From positions 480,660 through 544,659 of the forward strand of contig JAXHNJ010000002.1 in NCBI GenBank assembly GCA_034520665.1: a DNA stretch of 64,000 nt, given 5' to 3'. The translations under genes and the position numbers were made by a program. Source of the DNA: Patescibacteria group bacterium. Lineage in GTDB: Bacteria > Patescibacteriota > Patescibacteriia > JAXHNJ01. The notes under the pieces are model-generated. The model had not been told where the DNA came from, searched no databases, and saw nothing but the letters and a program-made list of their open reading frames with translations. Shown piece by piece: positions 20,425 through 31,460 of this stretch; the stretch's first letter is position 1; each line of letters begins with the position of its first letter.

Positions 20425-21138
20425 ATGAGCCAAGATTATAATAGTTACACTTATAATGATCCCAATCCCATAAAAAGGCATTTACATCGCCAGCGTTTTG
20501 ATTATGCTTTAAAATTATTGAATTTAAATAAAAGAAAAAATATTCTGGATTATGGCTGTGGTGATGGTCATTTTTTGTATTTATCATATAAAAACTATCC
20601 TGATAATTACTATTTTGGCTATGAACCTTATCCAGGCATGTATCAGCAAGCAGAAAAAAAATTAGTTAGCACGCCAGTTAAAATTTATTCAGATTTAAAT
20701 GATTTAAAAGAAAAAAAATATGATAAAATAACTTGTTTAGAAACGGCTGAACATCTGGATAAAAAAGATTTAGACATACTTTTTAATAATATTATTTTAT
20801 TACTAAAAGAAAAGGGTCAGGTAATTATTTCAGTTCCCATAGAAACCGGTCTGCCGGCTCTTTTTAAAAATTTATATCGTTTTTTAAAAAATAAAAAATA
20901 TGAAGGGTTAAATTTTATAAATTTTATTAAATCAATATTGGGTTTGATTATTAAAAGAAAAAAAATCGAAATATCGCCGGGAATTGAATATTATTTTTCC
21001 CATATTGGCTTTAATCATCGAAAATTCGAGAATTTATTAAAAAAATATTTTAAAATAACTAAGAAAAAATATTTACCCTGTAATTTTTTTAAAGGATTAT
21101 TAAATAATACCGTCTATTTTCTTGTTCAGAAAAAATAA
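20425..21138 (+). CDS. Class I SAM-dependent methyltransferase
   Basis: ILDYGCGDG, ETAEH. Confidence 0.88.
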   Translation: MSQDYNSYTYNDPNPIKRHLHRQRFDYALKLLNLNKRKNILDYGCGDGHFLYLSYKNYPDNYYFGYEPYPGMYQQAEKKLVSTPVKIYSDLNDLKEKKYDKITCLETAEHLDKKDLDILFNNIILLLKEKGQVIISVPIETGLPALFKNLYRFLKNKKYEGLNFINFIKSILGLIIKRKKIEISPGIEYYFSHIGFNHRKFENLLKKYFKITKKKYLPCNFFKGLLNNTVYFLVQKK

Positions 21139-21211
21139 TTTAATTTATTATTTACATCAGGTCTAAAAATATGTATAATAAAGGTGGATTTAAGCCATTT
21201 TTTTATATTAA

Positions 21212-21781
21212 ATGAATAAAAAAGGATTTACTTTAATAGAACTTTTAGTAGTTATTGCCATTATTGGTGTTCTTTCTTCAATTGGACTGGTAGCTTTAAA
21301 CGGAGCTCGGGAAAAGGCTCGGGATGCTAAAAGAAAGAATGATTTAACCCAATACAGAAATGCTTTAATGATGTATATAAATAATGAAACTATGAAGTAC
21401 CCTCCTTTGCCTTCAGGTACTGATGACAGTACTAATGTTTGTATTAATGATAAAGGGAATAAATTTAATTTTGATGGCAGTAACTTTGATTCTGACACAA
21501 ATGATAGTATTTTTGTAGAAAACGGTGAAATAATTTCTGAATATTTAGCTATTCCTCTTTTGCCACCAGAGTCAAGTGATAATAGTACGGGAGCCGCTTA
21601 TTACTGTTATGACACTAATGGTGATTCTGATAGTGAAGATTGTAATAATTTTATATTATATACTCAACTGGAAAGCGGCGAGGGTCAATGGTATTGGATA
21701 GACGGAGAAGCTAATGTCGGCACTTCAAGTGCCCCACATACTTTATCTAATTGCACTCATGGGTCAGACTGCGAGTGGTAA
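21212..21781 (+). CDS. Type IV pilin / pseudopilin
   Basis: KKG^[13 protein letters not shown] prepilin motif; AR..ARDA.R. Confidence 0.92.
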   Translation: MNKKGFTLIELLVVIAIIGVLSSIGLVALNGAREKARDAKRKNDLTQYRNALMMYINNETMKYPPLPSGTDDSTNVCINDKGNKFNFDGSNFDSDTNDSIFVENGEIISEYLAIPLLPPESSDNSTGAAYYCYDTNGDSDSEDCNNFILYTQLESGEGQWYWIDGEANVGTSSAPHTLSNCTHGSDCEW

Positions 21782-21795
21782 GATTTTAAGTTAAT

Positions 21796-24441
21796 ATGTA
21801 TTTAAAAAAAATAGAAATTCAGGGCTTTAAGTCATTTGCCCGCAAATCAACCTTAGAATTCAACCCTGGTATTACCTGTGTGGTTGGACCCAATGGTTCT
21901 GGCAAATCAAACGTGGCTGACGCGGTGCGCTGGGTGATGGGTGAGCAGAGTATGAAAGCTTTGCGCAGTAAAAAGTCAGAAGATATTATTTTTGCCGGTT
22001 CAGATAAGAAAACTCAGCTAGGCAGTGCTGAAGTTTCTTTGTATATCGATAATCAGGACGGAGCCATGCCCATTGATTATTCCGAAGTAGTTATTACTCG
22101 TCGGGTTTATCGCAATGGCGAGGGGGTATATTTTATTAATAAAAATTCAGTCCGCCTGCAGGATATACAAATGCTCTTGGCCCGTTCAAATTTTGGCCAG
22201 CGCACTTATTCAGTGATTGCCCAGGGCATGATTGACTCTTTTATTATGGCTTCGCCTAAAGAACGCAAGGAACTTTTTGATGAAGCCGCCGGGGTCAGGC
22301 AATACCAAATGAAAAGGGACCAGTCTGTTTTAAAACTGGAGAGAACCAAGGAAAATTTAGGGCAAGTTGAAGTTCTTTTGCAGGAAATTGCTCCTCGTTT
22401 GCGCTCACTTACTCGCCAGGTTAAGCGCTGGGAAAGACGGGAAGAAGTGGAAAAAAAATTGAGAGAAAAGCAAACTCACTATTATTCTTACATTTATCAG
22501 GATATTTATCAAAAACATCAAGATTCATTTCAGGAGTTTAAGAAATTCGAAGAAAAAAGAAATATGATTCAAAAAGAAATTGATAATCTTCAAAAAAACC
22601 TGGAAGATATGGAAAAAGAAAGTTCTCGTGGCGAAATATTTAGTCAGTTACAAAAGAAACATCAGGAATTTTTAGACATAAAAAACAGTCTTTTGCAGGA
22701 GAAGGTAGTATTAGAGGGTCGAATGCAAGCAGACCAGGTAGCTAATGGCCAGAGTGATTTAACTTATATTAATAACAAAAAAAAGAGCTTAGAACACAAA
22801 CTTCAAGAAATTAATAAAAGCACAGAAAATTTAAAAAATGAAATAAATAATAAAGAAAAAGAATTATCAGACAAAACTGAAAAACAAAAAGATATATTAG
22901 ATGAATACGAAAAAATTGAAAACCAGCTGGAAATAACCCGGCAAAAATTAGAAACAAAAGAACCTTTAGAATTCGAGGAAATAAAAAAAGAAGTAGGCCA
23001 GCTTTATACCCTTCAAGATGAGTTTATCGAAAAAATATCACAGGTAAAAGAAGTGAATGAAATAAAACTTATAAAAAAAGAAGCTAATAAGATTAAAGAT
23101 AGGTTAGCTGTTTTCTTAGATAAGGTAAAATCTTCAGCTTCAACTTCACCCAAAGAAATTTTTTCTCTGCAGAAAAATTTAAAAGAAATTATTGAAAAAC
23201 GAGACTACTCAGTTAACACCATAAATGAAGTAAAAACGGATCTTAGCTTAAAAACAGAAAGACTTGAGTATTTTTTGGAAAATAAAAATAATATTGAACA
23301 AGAATTAGAACAGATAAAACGGCAAATAGAAAGAGCGTCTACTGGTTCAAAACAGGAAGTTGAAAGTAAGCTAAAAAAACAAAAAGAGGAACTAGAAAAC
23401 AAGATAGAAAAGACAGAAAAGGAATTAGAAGAAACACAAAATAGAATAGAAAGCTTTAATGAAGAAGAACAAGTCAAAAAAGAGAGTCTTTTTTCTATTC
23501 AAAAACAATTTCGTCAGACCCAAGATAAACTTAATCTGATTAATAATAAAATTAATAATATAAAAGTTAAACTGGCTAAACTGGAAACAAAAAAAGAAGA
23601 TTTAGAGCATGAGGTTAAAGAGGAAATGCCAGAAAAATTTTGGTCAGAAATATTTAAAGAAAAAGAAGAGAGGCCTGAGCCTTTAAATAAAGAAGAGGTT
23701 TCAAATGAAATACTAAAATTAAAACACAAGATTGACTTAATCGGTGGTATTGATGAAAATACTAGAAAAGAGTATGAAGAAACCAAAGAAAGGCATGATT
23801 TTCTTTCGGAACAATCAGAGGACTTAAATAAAAGTATTAGAGATTTGGAAAAAGTTATTGAGAATCTAGATAAAACAATTGAGACTAAATTTAATAAATC
23901 ATTTAAGAAAATAGACAAGCAATTTTCTAAATATTTTAAAATGTTATTTAATGGTGGCCAGGCCAGACTAAAATTAGTTCGCGAAGAAGAAAAAACAGAA
24001 AAAAATGACGAGGAGAATGAAGAAGAAAAAGAAGAGGCAGAAGAAAATAAAACTACTAAAAAATTTATTGCCGGTGTTGAAATAAAAGCTACTCCGCCCG
24101 GGAAAAAATTAAAAAATATAAATATGCTTTCCGGAGGGGAAAGAGCTCTTTCCTCTATAGCTTTGGTCTGTGCTATTTTAGCTAATAATCCCTCTCCTTT
24201 TGTAGTTTTAGACGAAGTAGACGCTGCTTTAGATGAAGCTAATTCCCTAAAATTTTCCAGTATATTAGAAGAATTAAGTCAAAAAAGTCAGTTTATTGTT
24301 ATAACCCATAACCGCACTACTATGGAAAAAGCACAAATCTTATATGGAGTAACTATGGGTGAGGATAGTATTTCTAAAGTTATTTCAGTTAAAATGGATG
24401 AAGCAGAAGAAGTAATAAAACAACACGGCAATCGTCAGTAG
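21796..24441 (+). CDS. smc: Short SMC-family chromosome segregation ATPase
   Basis: GFKSF, GPNGSGKSN, LSGGE, LDEVDAALD; 881 aa. Confidence 0.9.
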   Translation: MYLKKIEIQGFKSFARKSTLEFNPGITCVVGPNGSGKSNVADAVRWVMGEQSMKALRSKKSEDIIFAGSDKKTQLGSAEVSLYIDNQDGAMPIDYSEVVITRRVYRNGEGVYFINKNSVRLQDIQMLLARSNFGQRTYSVIAQGMIDSFIMASPKERKELFDEAAGVRQYQMKRDQSVLKLERTKENLGQVEVLLQEIAPRLRSLTRQVKRWERREEVEKKLREKQTHYYSYIYQDIYQKHQDSFQEFKKFEEKRNMIQKEIDNLQKNLEDMEKESSRGEIFSQLQKKHQEFLDIKNSLLQEKVVLEGRMQADQVANGQSDLTYINNKKKSLEHKLQEINKSTENLKNEINNKEKELSDKTEKQKDILDEYEKIENQLEITRQKLETKEPLEFEEIKKEVGQLYTLQDEFIEKISQVKEVNEIKLIKKEANKIKDRLAVFLDKVKSSASTSPKEIFSLQKNLKEIIEKRDYSVNTINEVKTDLSLKTERLEYFLENKNNIEQELEQIKRQIERASTGSKQEVESKLKKQKEELENKIEKTEKELEETQNRIESFNEEEQVKKESLFSIQKQFRQTQDKLNLINNKINNIKVKLAKLETKKEDLEHEVKEEMPEKFWSEIFKEKEERPEPLNKEEVSNEILKLKHKIDLIGGIDENTRKEYEETKERHDFLSEQSEDLNKSIRDLEKVIENLDKTIETKFNKSFKKIDKQFSKYFKMLFNGGQARLKLVREEEKTEKNDEENEEEKEEAEENKTTKKFIAGVEIKATPPGKKLKNINMLSGGERALSSIALVCAILANNPSPFVVLDEVDAALDEANSLKFSSILEELSQKSQFIVITHNRTTMEKAQILYGVTMGEDSISKVISVKMDEAEEVIKQHGNRQ

Positions 24442-24443
24442 AC

Positions 24444-24472
24444 TTGACAAGATTAAATATTTCAGTTAATAT
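24444..24472 (+). promoter_or_regulatory. Sigma70-type promoter of rpsP
   Basis: TTGACA-17-TAATAT. Confidence 0.6.
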
Positions 24473-24501
24473 CTATTTAAATAATTAATTAATTTTATAG
24501 A

Positions 24502-25005
24502 ATGTTAGTTATTCGTTTATCACGTCGAGGCAAGAAAAAACAGCCGATTTTTCGGTTTATTATTTCAGAAAAAACTAAAGATACTCAAGCCGATTATCTG
24601 GAAGCTTTAGGTTTTTATAATCCTCATTCTAAAGAAATAAAGCTTAAGGAAGAAAGAATCAAATATTGGATAGATAAAGGAGCCACTCTTTCAGACAGTG
24701 TCAATAATCTTTTGATTAAAGAAGGAGTTATTAAAGGAAAAAAAAGAGTCAAGGGAACTCGAAAGAAAAAAGAAATAAAATCTGAATCTGATTCTGCTAA
24801 AGCAACACCTGATAAAGATGATAAAGCGAAATCCTCTAGTCCTGATAATAAAGAAAAAACTGAGCAAGAAGATAAAGAAAAAGAAAAATCAAAGGAAGCA
24901 AAAGAGGAAGAAAAAAAGAAAGAAAAAAAACCAGAAGAAAAAGAAGGCAACAAAGAAAAGAATAAAGAAGATAAATCAGGCCAAGAAGAAAAAAAAGATA
25001 GATAA
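24502..25005 (+). CDS. rpsP: 30S ribosomal protein S16 with charged C-terminal extension
   Basis: IRL.R.G.K..P, E.LG.YNP, W...GA..S. Confidence 0.93.
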   Translation: MLVIRLSRRGKKKQPIFRFIISEKTKDTQADYLEALGFYNPHSKEIKLKEERIKYWIDKGATLSDSVNNLLIKEGVIKGKKRVKGTRKKKEIKSESDSAKATPDKDDKAKSSSPDNKEKTEQEDKEKEKSKEAKEEEKKKEKKPEEKEGNKEKNKEDKSGQEEKKDR

Positions 25006-25139
25006 AATTTTCAGGCTTGACAGAAAAAATAGTATTATTTACATTAAAGATATAGTTTAACAGGTCCAGGACTGGATTTATTCAAAAATGAAGAAAGGTC
25101 GACAGTACTGGCATAACCAAAAAGGAATGAAAAAGAATC

Positions 25140-25454
25140 ATGGCACAAGAAAAAGATCAAGAATTTGTTGAATACGTCGTCAAGGCTCTCGTTGATAACC
25201 CTAAAGATGTTAAAACCGAGAGAACTGTCGACGAAATGGGTGTTTTAATCACCCTGCACGTTAATCAGGAAGATTTAGGTCAGGTTATTGGTCGTCAGGG
25301 CCAAACTGCCAAATCTATCCGAACACTTTTGCGTGTAGTGGGAGCTAAAAATCAAGCTCGGGTCAATCTAAAAATTCATGAACCCGAAGGCAATCGTAAA
25401 AGCTCTCGCCGATCTTCAGCTGACACTTCAGCTGTTGATGACTTAAAACTGTAA
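25140..25454 (+). CDS. khpA: KH-domain RNA-binding protein (KhpA-like)
   Basis: D.G.VIGRQG.TA..IR; located after rpsP. Confidence 0.85.
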   Translation: MAQEKDQEFVEYVVKALVDNPKDVKTERTVDEMGVLITLHVNQEDLGQVIGRQGQTAKSIRTLLRVVGAKNQARVNLKIHEPEGNRKSSRRSSADTSAVDDLKL

Positions 25455-25548
25455 AGTTACAAATAAAAAGACAAAAACCGTGATTCATGTTAAAATATGA
25501 TTGCGGTTTTTGTTTTTTATACTTATTTTTTTTCTGTATTAAATAAAT

Positions 25549-26196
25549 ATGCGTTTTGATATTCTAACAATTTTTCCGGGTCTTTTTAAATCATTTTTAA
25601 AAGAAAGTCTTATAGCTAAGGCTATTAAAAATGATAAAATATCTCTGAATATACATAATATCAGAGATTTTTCTCGGGATAAACATAATACTGTAGATGA
25701 TAAGCCTTACGGTGGAGGCCCGGGTATGGTTTTAATGGTTGAGCCGATTTATAAATGTTTAAAATCTATTAAAAGATTAAAAGAGAGTAAGACAATAATA
25801 CTAACTCCTAAAGGCAGAAATTATAAGCAAAAAACAGCTTTTAAATACAGTCAATTAGACCAATTAATACTAATTTGTGGCCGTTATGAAGGCTTTGATG
25901 AGAGAATAAAAGAATTTGTTGATGGAGAACTTTCTATTGGAAATTATATAACCATGGGTGGAGAAATTCCTTCCATGGTTATTGTTGAATCAGTAGCCAG
26001 ATTAATTCCCGGTGTTTTGGGGGATAAAGAGTCAGTAATTGAAGAAAGTTTTGCCCAGAAAAAAGATTACTTAGAATATCCCCAATACACTCGACCGGCT
26101 GAATACAAAGGCTTAAAAGTACCGAAAATTCTACTTAGTGGGGATCATAAAAAAATTAGAATATGGCGCCAGAATAACTCAAGAACAAAAAAATGA
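25549..26196 (+). CDS. trmD: tRNA (guanine-N1)-methyltransferase
   Basis: VDD.PYGGGPGM, CGRYEG.DER, P.YTRP. Confidence 0.96.
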   Translation: MRFDILTIFPGLFKSFLKESLIAKAIKNDKISLNIHNIRDFSRDKHNTVDDKPYGGGPGMVLMVEPIYKCLKSIKRLKESKTIILTPKGRNYKQKTAFKYSQLDQLILICGRYEGFDERIKEFVDGELSIGNYITMGGEIPSMVIVESVARLIPGVLGDKESVIEESFAQKKDYLEYPQYTRPAEYKGLKVPKILLSGDHKKIRIWRQNNSRTKK

Positions 26197-27455
26197 AAAT
26201 ACCAACTAGTTTTTCTAATATATTAAAAAACAGAAATTTTTTGAAACTTTGGGTTTCTCAAATTTTTTCTATGTCAGCTACTAATATGCTGACTTTTTTG
26301 TTAGCTATAAGAATATACCAATTAACCGGCAATAATTTTATAGTTAGTGTCTATGTAGCTTTAATGAGTATTCCGCCGGTTTTATTCTCTATTATTGCTG
26401 GTGCTTTTGCTGATAATAACAATAGAAAAAAAATACTAACTACTTCGAATATTTTAAGGATGAGTATTTTAGTAATTTTTCTTTTTGTTAATGAAAATCC
26501 ATATATTCTTATGGTTTTAGCTTTTTTTGTCAGTACTATATCGCAATTCTTTGGACCAGCCCAAAGCGCTAGCATTCCTAATCTGGTTAGCCGCAAACAG
26601 CTTTTTCTGGCTAATTCCATGTTTATGTTTACCACCTATACAGCCTTTTTAATCGGATATTCCCTGGCTGGCCCCCTACTTTTTTATTTAAATGATCGGC
26701 CTGTATTTATAATTTTATTAATAATGTATTCGATAGCTATGATCGCTAATATTTTTCTGCCAAATTTAAAACATCACTTAAAAATAGGAGAAAAAACTAT
26801 TGAATACAGTAATGCTCTTAAAAAATTATTTCATGACATATTAGTGGGTTGGAAAGCTATTAAAAATAATAAACCAGTACTTTATTCTATTCTACAAATG
26901 ACTATTGTTCTAGCGGCTGAAAGAGGAGTGATCGCTTTATTGCCAGCTTTAGCTGATCGATTTTTTAAATATAGCACTGATGAAATGAGCTATTACTTAT
27001 TAATCCCGGTTGGTTTAGGGGCCTTTATTGGGGCTATTTTGATTAATAAAGTAAAAAAATATCTTCCCAAACGTAAAATAATTTACTGGTCATTAATTGT
27101 TGATGGTTTTGTTTTACTAGCCATTCCTTTTTATTATGTAGTTTTGCCTTGGGGAAAAGTTTGGCTAAAAATGGCTACCTCTTTAATGGCATTTGCTTCA
27201 GGTATGGCCGATGTTTTTATTGTCATAACTGCTCAAACATTAATTCATGAAACTTCAGCTGATGAAAACCGTGGGCGTATTTTTGGCAACTTAATGGCCT
27301 TTGTTAATATTGTCAGTTTACCTTTGATTCTAATTGTCGGATATTTAGCTAATATTTTTGTACCGACTGAAATTATCGGTGTTATGGGGGTGGTAGTCAC
27401 TGTTTTTGGCCTTATCAGCCGCTTTTTTTATAAAAGAAGCCTAGTAAAAGTCTAA
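26193..27455 (+). CDS. MFS transporter
   Basis: About 12 TM, G..AD..NRK motif, RGR..G. Confidence 0.88.
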   Translation: MKIPTSFSNILKNRNFLKLWVSQIFSMSATNMLTFLLAIRIYQLTGNNFIVSVYVALMSIPPVLFSIIAGAFADNNNRKKILTTSNILRMSILVIFLFVNENPYILMVLAFFVSTISQFFGPAQSASIPNLVSRKQLFLANSMFMFTTYTAFLIGYSLAGPLLFYLNDRPVFIILLIMYSIAMIANIFLPNLKHHLKIGEKTIEYSNALKKLFHDILVGWKAIKNNKPVLYSILQMTIVLAAERGVIALLPALADRFFKYSTDEMSYYLLIPVGLGAFIGAILINKVKKYLPKRKIIYWSLIVDGFVLLAIPFYYVVLPWGKVWLKMATSLMAFASGMADVFIVITAQTLIHETSADENRGRIFGNLMAFVNIVSLPLILIVGYLANIFVPTEIIGVMGVVVTVFGLISRFFYKRSLVKV

Positions 27456-27471
27456 GGTCTATAAAAAGCAC

Positions 27472-27500
27472 TTGACAAGATATCCTGACTAGTTTATTAT
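27472..27500 (+). promoter_or_regulatory. 16S rRNA promoter
   Basis: TTGACA-17-TATTAT. Confidence 0.7.
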
Positions 27501-27881
27501 ATATACACTAGTTTAAATAGGTCGAAATTAGACTAAAATTAAATAAAAAGGAACAAAAAATTCATCAAATTTAACCAAGTACATTTAAACAAATAGGAGA
27601 AAAAACAGTGATCTCTAAGTTGTATTTGGAGCTCTCTGTTTTTTCTTCAAATTTTAAAAGGAAAAAAAGAACTTTGACAACTAAAATGTGACAGAAAAAT
27701 GGGTTTTTTGAAATTCCTTTTTAGGAAAAGTAAGTGGTGGAAATTAAGAGGATAAGATTAGGATCAAATATAATCTTAAATATAGATTTTTTTTGATGCA
27801 TCTTGTTTTAGCCTTTCAATTTCCACCACTTGCCAACAAAAAAATATTTTTTTCGAGGATTTATTTTAAAATCCTCAATCC

Positions 27882-29459
<1,578 letters not shown>

Positions 29460-29550
29460 TAGGGAGTAAAATTATTGGGCTTAAAAACCCAAAATTAAGT
29501 CGGACCCATTATATTCTGTCACTTTTTAGTTGTTAAAGGTATAAAATCAC

Positions 29551-29579
29551 GGCCGGACTTGAAAAATCCGGTCTTTTTT
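29551..29579 (+). terminator. Terminator after 16S
   Basis: ggccgga/tccggtc plus T6. Confidence 0.7.
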
Positions 29580-29722
29580 GGTAAATTATATTATATTATT
29601 AGCTAAAAATAGACGGCTATTTCCGATGTTTTGACAAAGTCAAATATCGTAACTCAACACTTATTAACAATCAAAAATTTTTTAAAAGTAAATAATAATA
29701 TAATAAAATTTTGGGCGGCTAG

Positions 29723-29776
29723 TCCCGTTCCGTCGCTTGGCGACAGAACGCGGATCCTCGACCCATAGGGTCGGGA
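29723..29776. mobile_element. Empty GGATCC double-hairpin cassette in a tRNA-Ile 5' remnant
   Basis: gggcggctag^tcccgttc..gaacg c GGATCC t cgaccc..gggtcg gga^ctcagct. Confidence 0.75.
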
Positions 29777-29835
29777 CTCAGCTCTTGTAAAACCAAATAT
29801 CTTTTTAAAAGTAAATAATAATATAATAAAATTTT

Positions 29836-30106
29836 GGGCGGCTAGCTAAGCTGGTTAGAGCGTCTCACTGACCCGCCTGCCAAAGTACGAAACCTTATAA
29901 ATTCTTGTTCTTATTTATATAATTACATAGCATTATTTTCCTTTGATGGTGGGCGGCTAGCTCAGCTGGTTAGAGCGTCTCACTGATAATGAGGAGGTCG
30001 AAGGTTCGAGTCCTTCGCCGCCCACCATCAGTTGATAATTAAAAAATACTTAGTACGGCGGGTAGATAATGAGGAGGTCGTCTCCAGAAGGGAGACCGTG
30101 CCACCA
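29836..30106 (+). pseudogene. Split outer tRNA-Ile(GAU) enclosing a cccgcc..ggcggg cassette (about 29872-30062)
   Basis: 5' half 29836-29871 ends in the anticodon; 3' part resumes gataatgaggaggtc; T-arm replaced by GTCTC-N7-GAGAC. Confidence 0.8.
29951..30027 (+). tRNA. tRNA-Ile(GAU)
   Basis: Cloverleaf, loop CT GAT AA, CCA encoded. Confidence 0.95.
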
Positions 30107-30198
30107 AGTCGTTTCCGAGTAACCTGGCTCACCAATATTTTAAAAATATCGCAAAGGACATTACATATTTATTTTCCCAGTTGCCGAGACCTAAAAAA

Positions 30199-30498
30199 GC
30201 CGAGATAGCTCCCCGTCATTCCACGGGGTAAGCAGTGGTAGACCTGCCCGCAATGCCGAGCAAATATAAAGTATATTAAAATATAAAGATAGAGTCTGTC
30301 TCTGGGGCCTGGGTAGCTCAGTGGTAGAGCGAAGGACTGAAAATCCTTGCGTCACCAGTTCGATTCTGGTCCCAGGCACCAGAGGCAGATTATATTGTTA
30401 ATTGTTTAAGCGTTGCTTGGCGGGTGGAGCGAAGGACTGAAAATTTTACCCCGCCCTTGAGTGAAAACGAATAGTGCGAGGCCTTGCGTCACCAGTTC
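30199..30498 (+). pseudogene. Outer tRNA-Phe broken by three inserts
   Basis: gccgagatagctc | cagtggtaga | gagcgaaggactgaaaat | ccttgcgtcaccagttc occur in colinear order. Confidence 0.75.
30307..30381 (+). tRNA. tRNA-Phe(GAA)
   Basis: Cloverleaf, loop CT GAA AA, CCA encoded. Confidence 0.95.
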
Positions 30499-30527
30499 TG
30501 CGACTTTGGCTGAGGTTAGTTTAGTCC

Positions 30528-30713
30528 CGGATGTAGCTCAGTCGGCTAGAGCGCTTGCTTTGGCCCGCCTGCCTTGACTGACGGGGTATAGCGAAGTTGG
30601 CTATCGCGCCTGCTTTGGGAGCAGGAGATCGTCGGTTCAAGTCCGACTACCCCGATAGCTAAGGCAGTCGGGCGGGGAGCAGGAAATCGCGAGTTTGAGT
30701 CTCACATTCCCGA
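30528..30713 (+). pseudogene. Outer tRNA-Pro(UGG) split after the anticodon by a 113-bp cassette (30564-30676)
   Basis: Removing cccgcctgcc..ggcagtcgggcggg gives a full-length, slightly decayed tRNA-Pro. Confidence 0.85.
30582..30655 (+). tRNA. tRNA-Pro(UGG), inner copy
   Basis: CGGGGTATAGCG...CCTGC TT TGG GA GCAGG...GTTCAAGTC...TACCCCGA; no CCA. Confidence 0.92.
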
Positions 30714-30811
30714 CTTAGAGAGAAAAGGTTGTCTCCCAAAGGGAGACGGCCACGACCAAGCGGGTATAGTATAGTGGATTATTATACTACTAAATATTTC
30801 TTAACGAGTAA

Positions 30812-30883
30812 GCGGGCGTCGTATAGTGGCTATTATGCTACCCTTCCAAGGTAGAAACGCCGGTTCGATTCCGGTCGCCCGCT
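30812..30883 (+). tRNA. tRNA-Gly(UCC)
   Basis: Cloverleaf, loop CT TCC AA; flanked by IR ttcttaacga/tcgttaagaa; outer remnants at 30760-30784 and 30967-30983. Confidence 0.93.
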
Positions 30884-31043
30884 TATTCGTTAAGAAGCCA
30901 ATAAATAAATTTGTAGATATTAAGAAAAGGTTCTGCGCCCAAGGTGCATTTGTCTCTGACGGAGACTCCGGTCGCCCGCTCCAAATTTTATTTAGAAGTA
31001 GGCTATTAAATACTAACTTTAATAAAGTATATTAAAAATTAAA

Positions 31044-31132
31044 GCCGGGATGGCGGAATTGGTATACGCGCTGGACTTAAAATCCAGTGGTGCTCATACA
31101 CCTTGTGGGTTCGAGTCCCACTCCCGGCACCA
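31044..31132 (+). tRNA. tRNA-Leu(UAA)
   Basis: Long variable arm, loop CT TAA AA, CCA encoded. Confidence 0.95.
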
Positions 31133-31241
31133 TTTCTTCGCTCCTCTAGAACTTCGGAGGGTAAACGGCTAACTTGTTCTACGTAGTCTTGGCCCAGTAA
31201 GATTACCGGCATCAAATAATTTTAAAAAATAAAATATAAAA

Positions 31242-31460
31242 ATGAAAAAAATAATAAAAGGTATTTTATTTTCTAGCCTTTTTTTTCTTATTCTACCCAA
31301 AGTTAGTTTAGCTTATTTAGACGCTGGCTCTGGTAGTTATGTAATTCAGATAGTAATTGCTATTTTGGCCGGTGGCGCTTTTGCTATAAAAATATTTTTT
31401 CGTCAGATAAAAAGATTTTTTACTAAAGTTTTTTCTCGGAAGGATAAAAATGATAAATAA
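31242..31460 (+). CDS. Small membrane protein with a YLDxGSGS motif
   Basis: Signal-like N-terminus, AYLDAGSGS, TM helix, basic tail. Confidence 0.75.
   Translation: MKKIIKGILFSSLFFLILPKVSLAYLDAGSGSYVIQIVIAILAGGAFAIKIFFRQIKRFFTKVFSRKDKNDK

Noticed and set aside
30528-30713. Group I or other self-splicing tRNA intron
   Set aside because: The insert is too short, has no visible catalytic core and is itself a tRNA; the outer copy is decayed.
29678-31000. CRISPR array
   Set aside because: No regularly spaced identical repeats and no cas genes; the repeats are tRNA fragments and palindromes.
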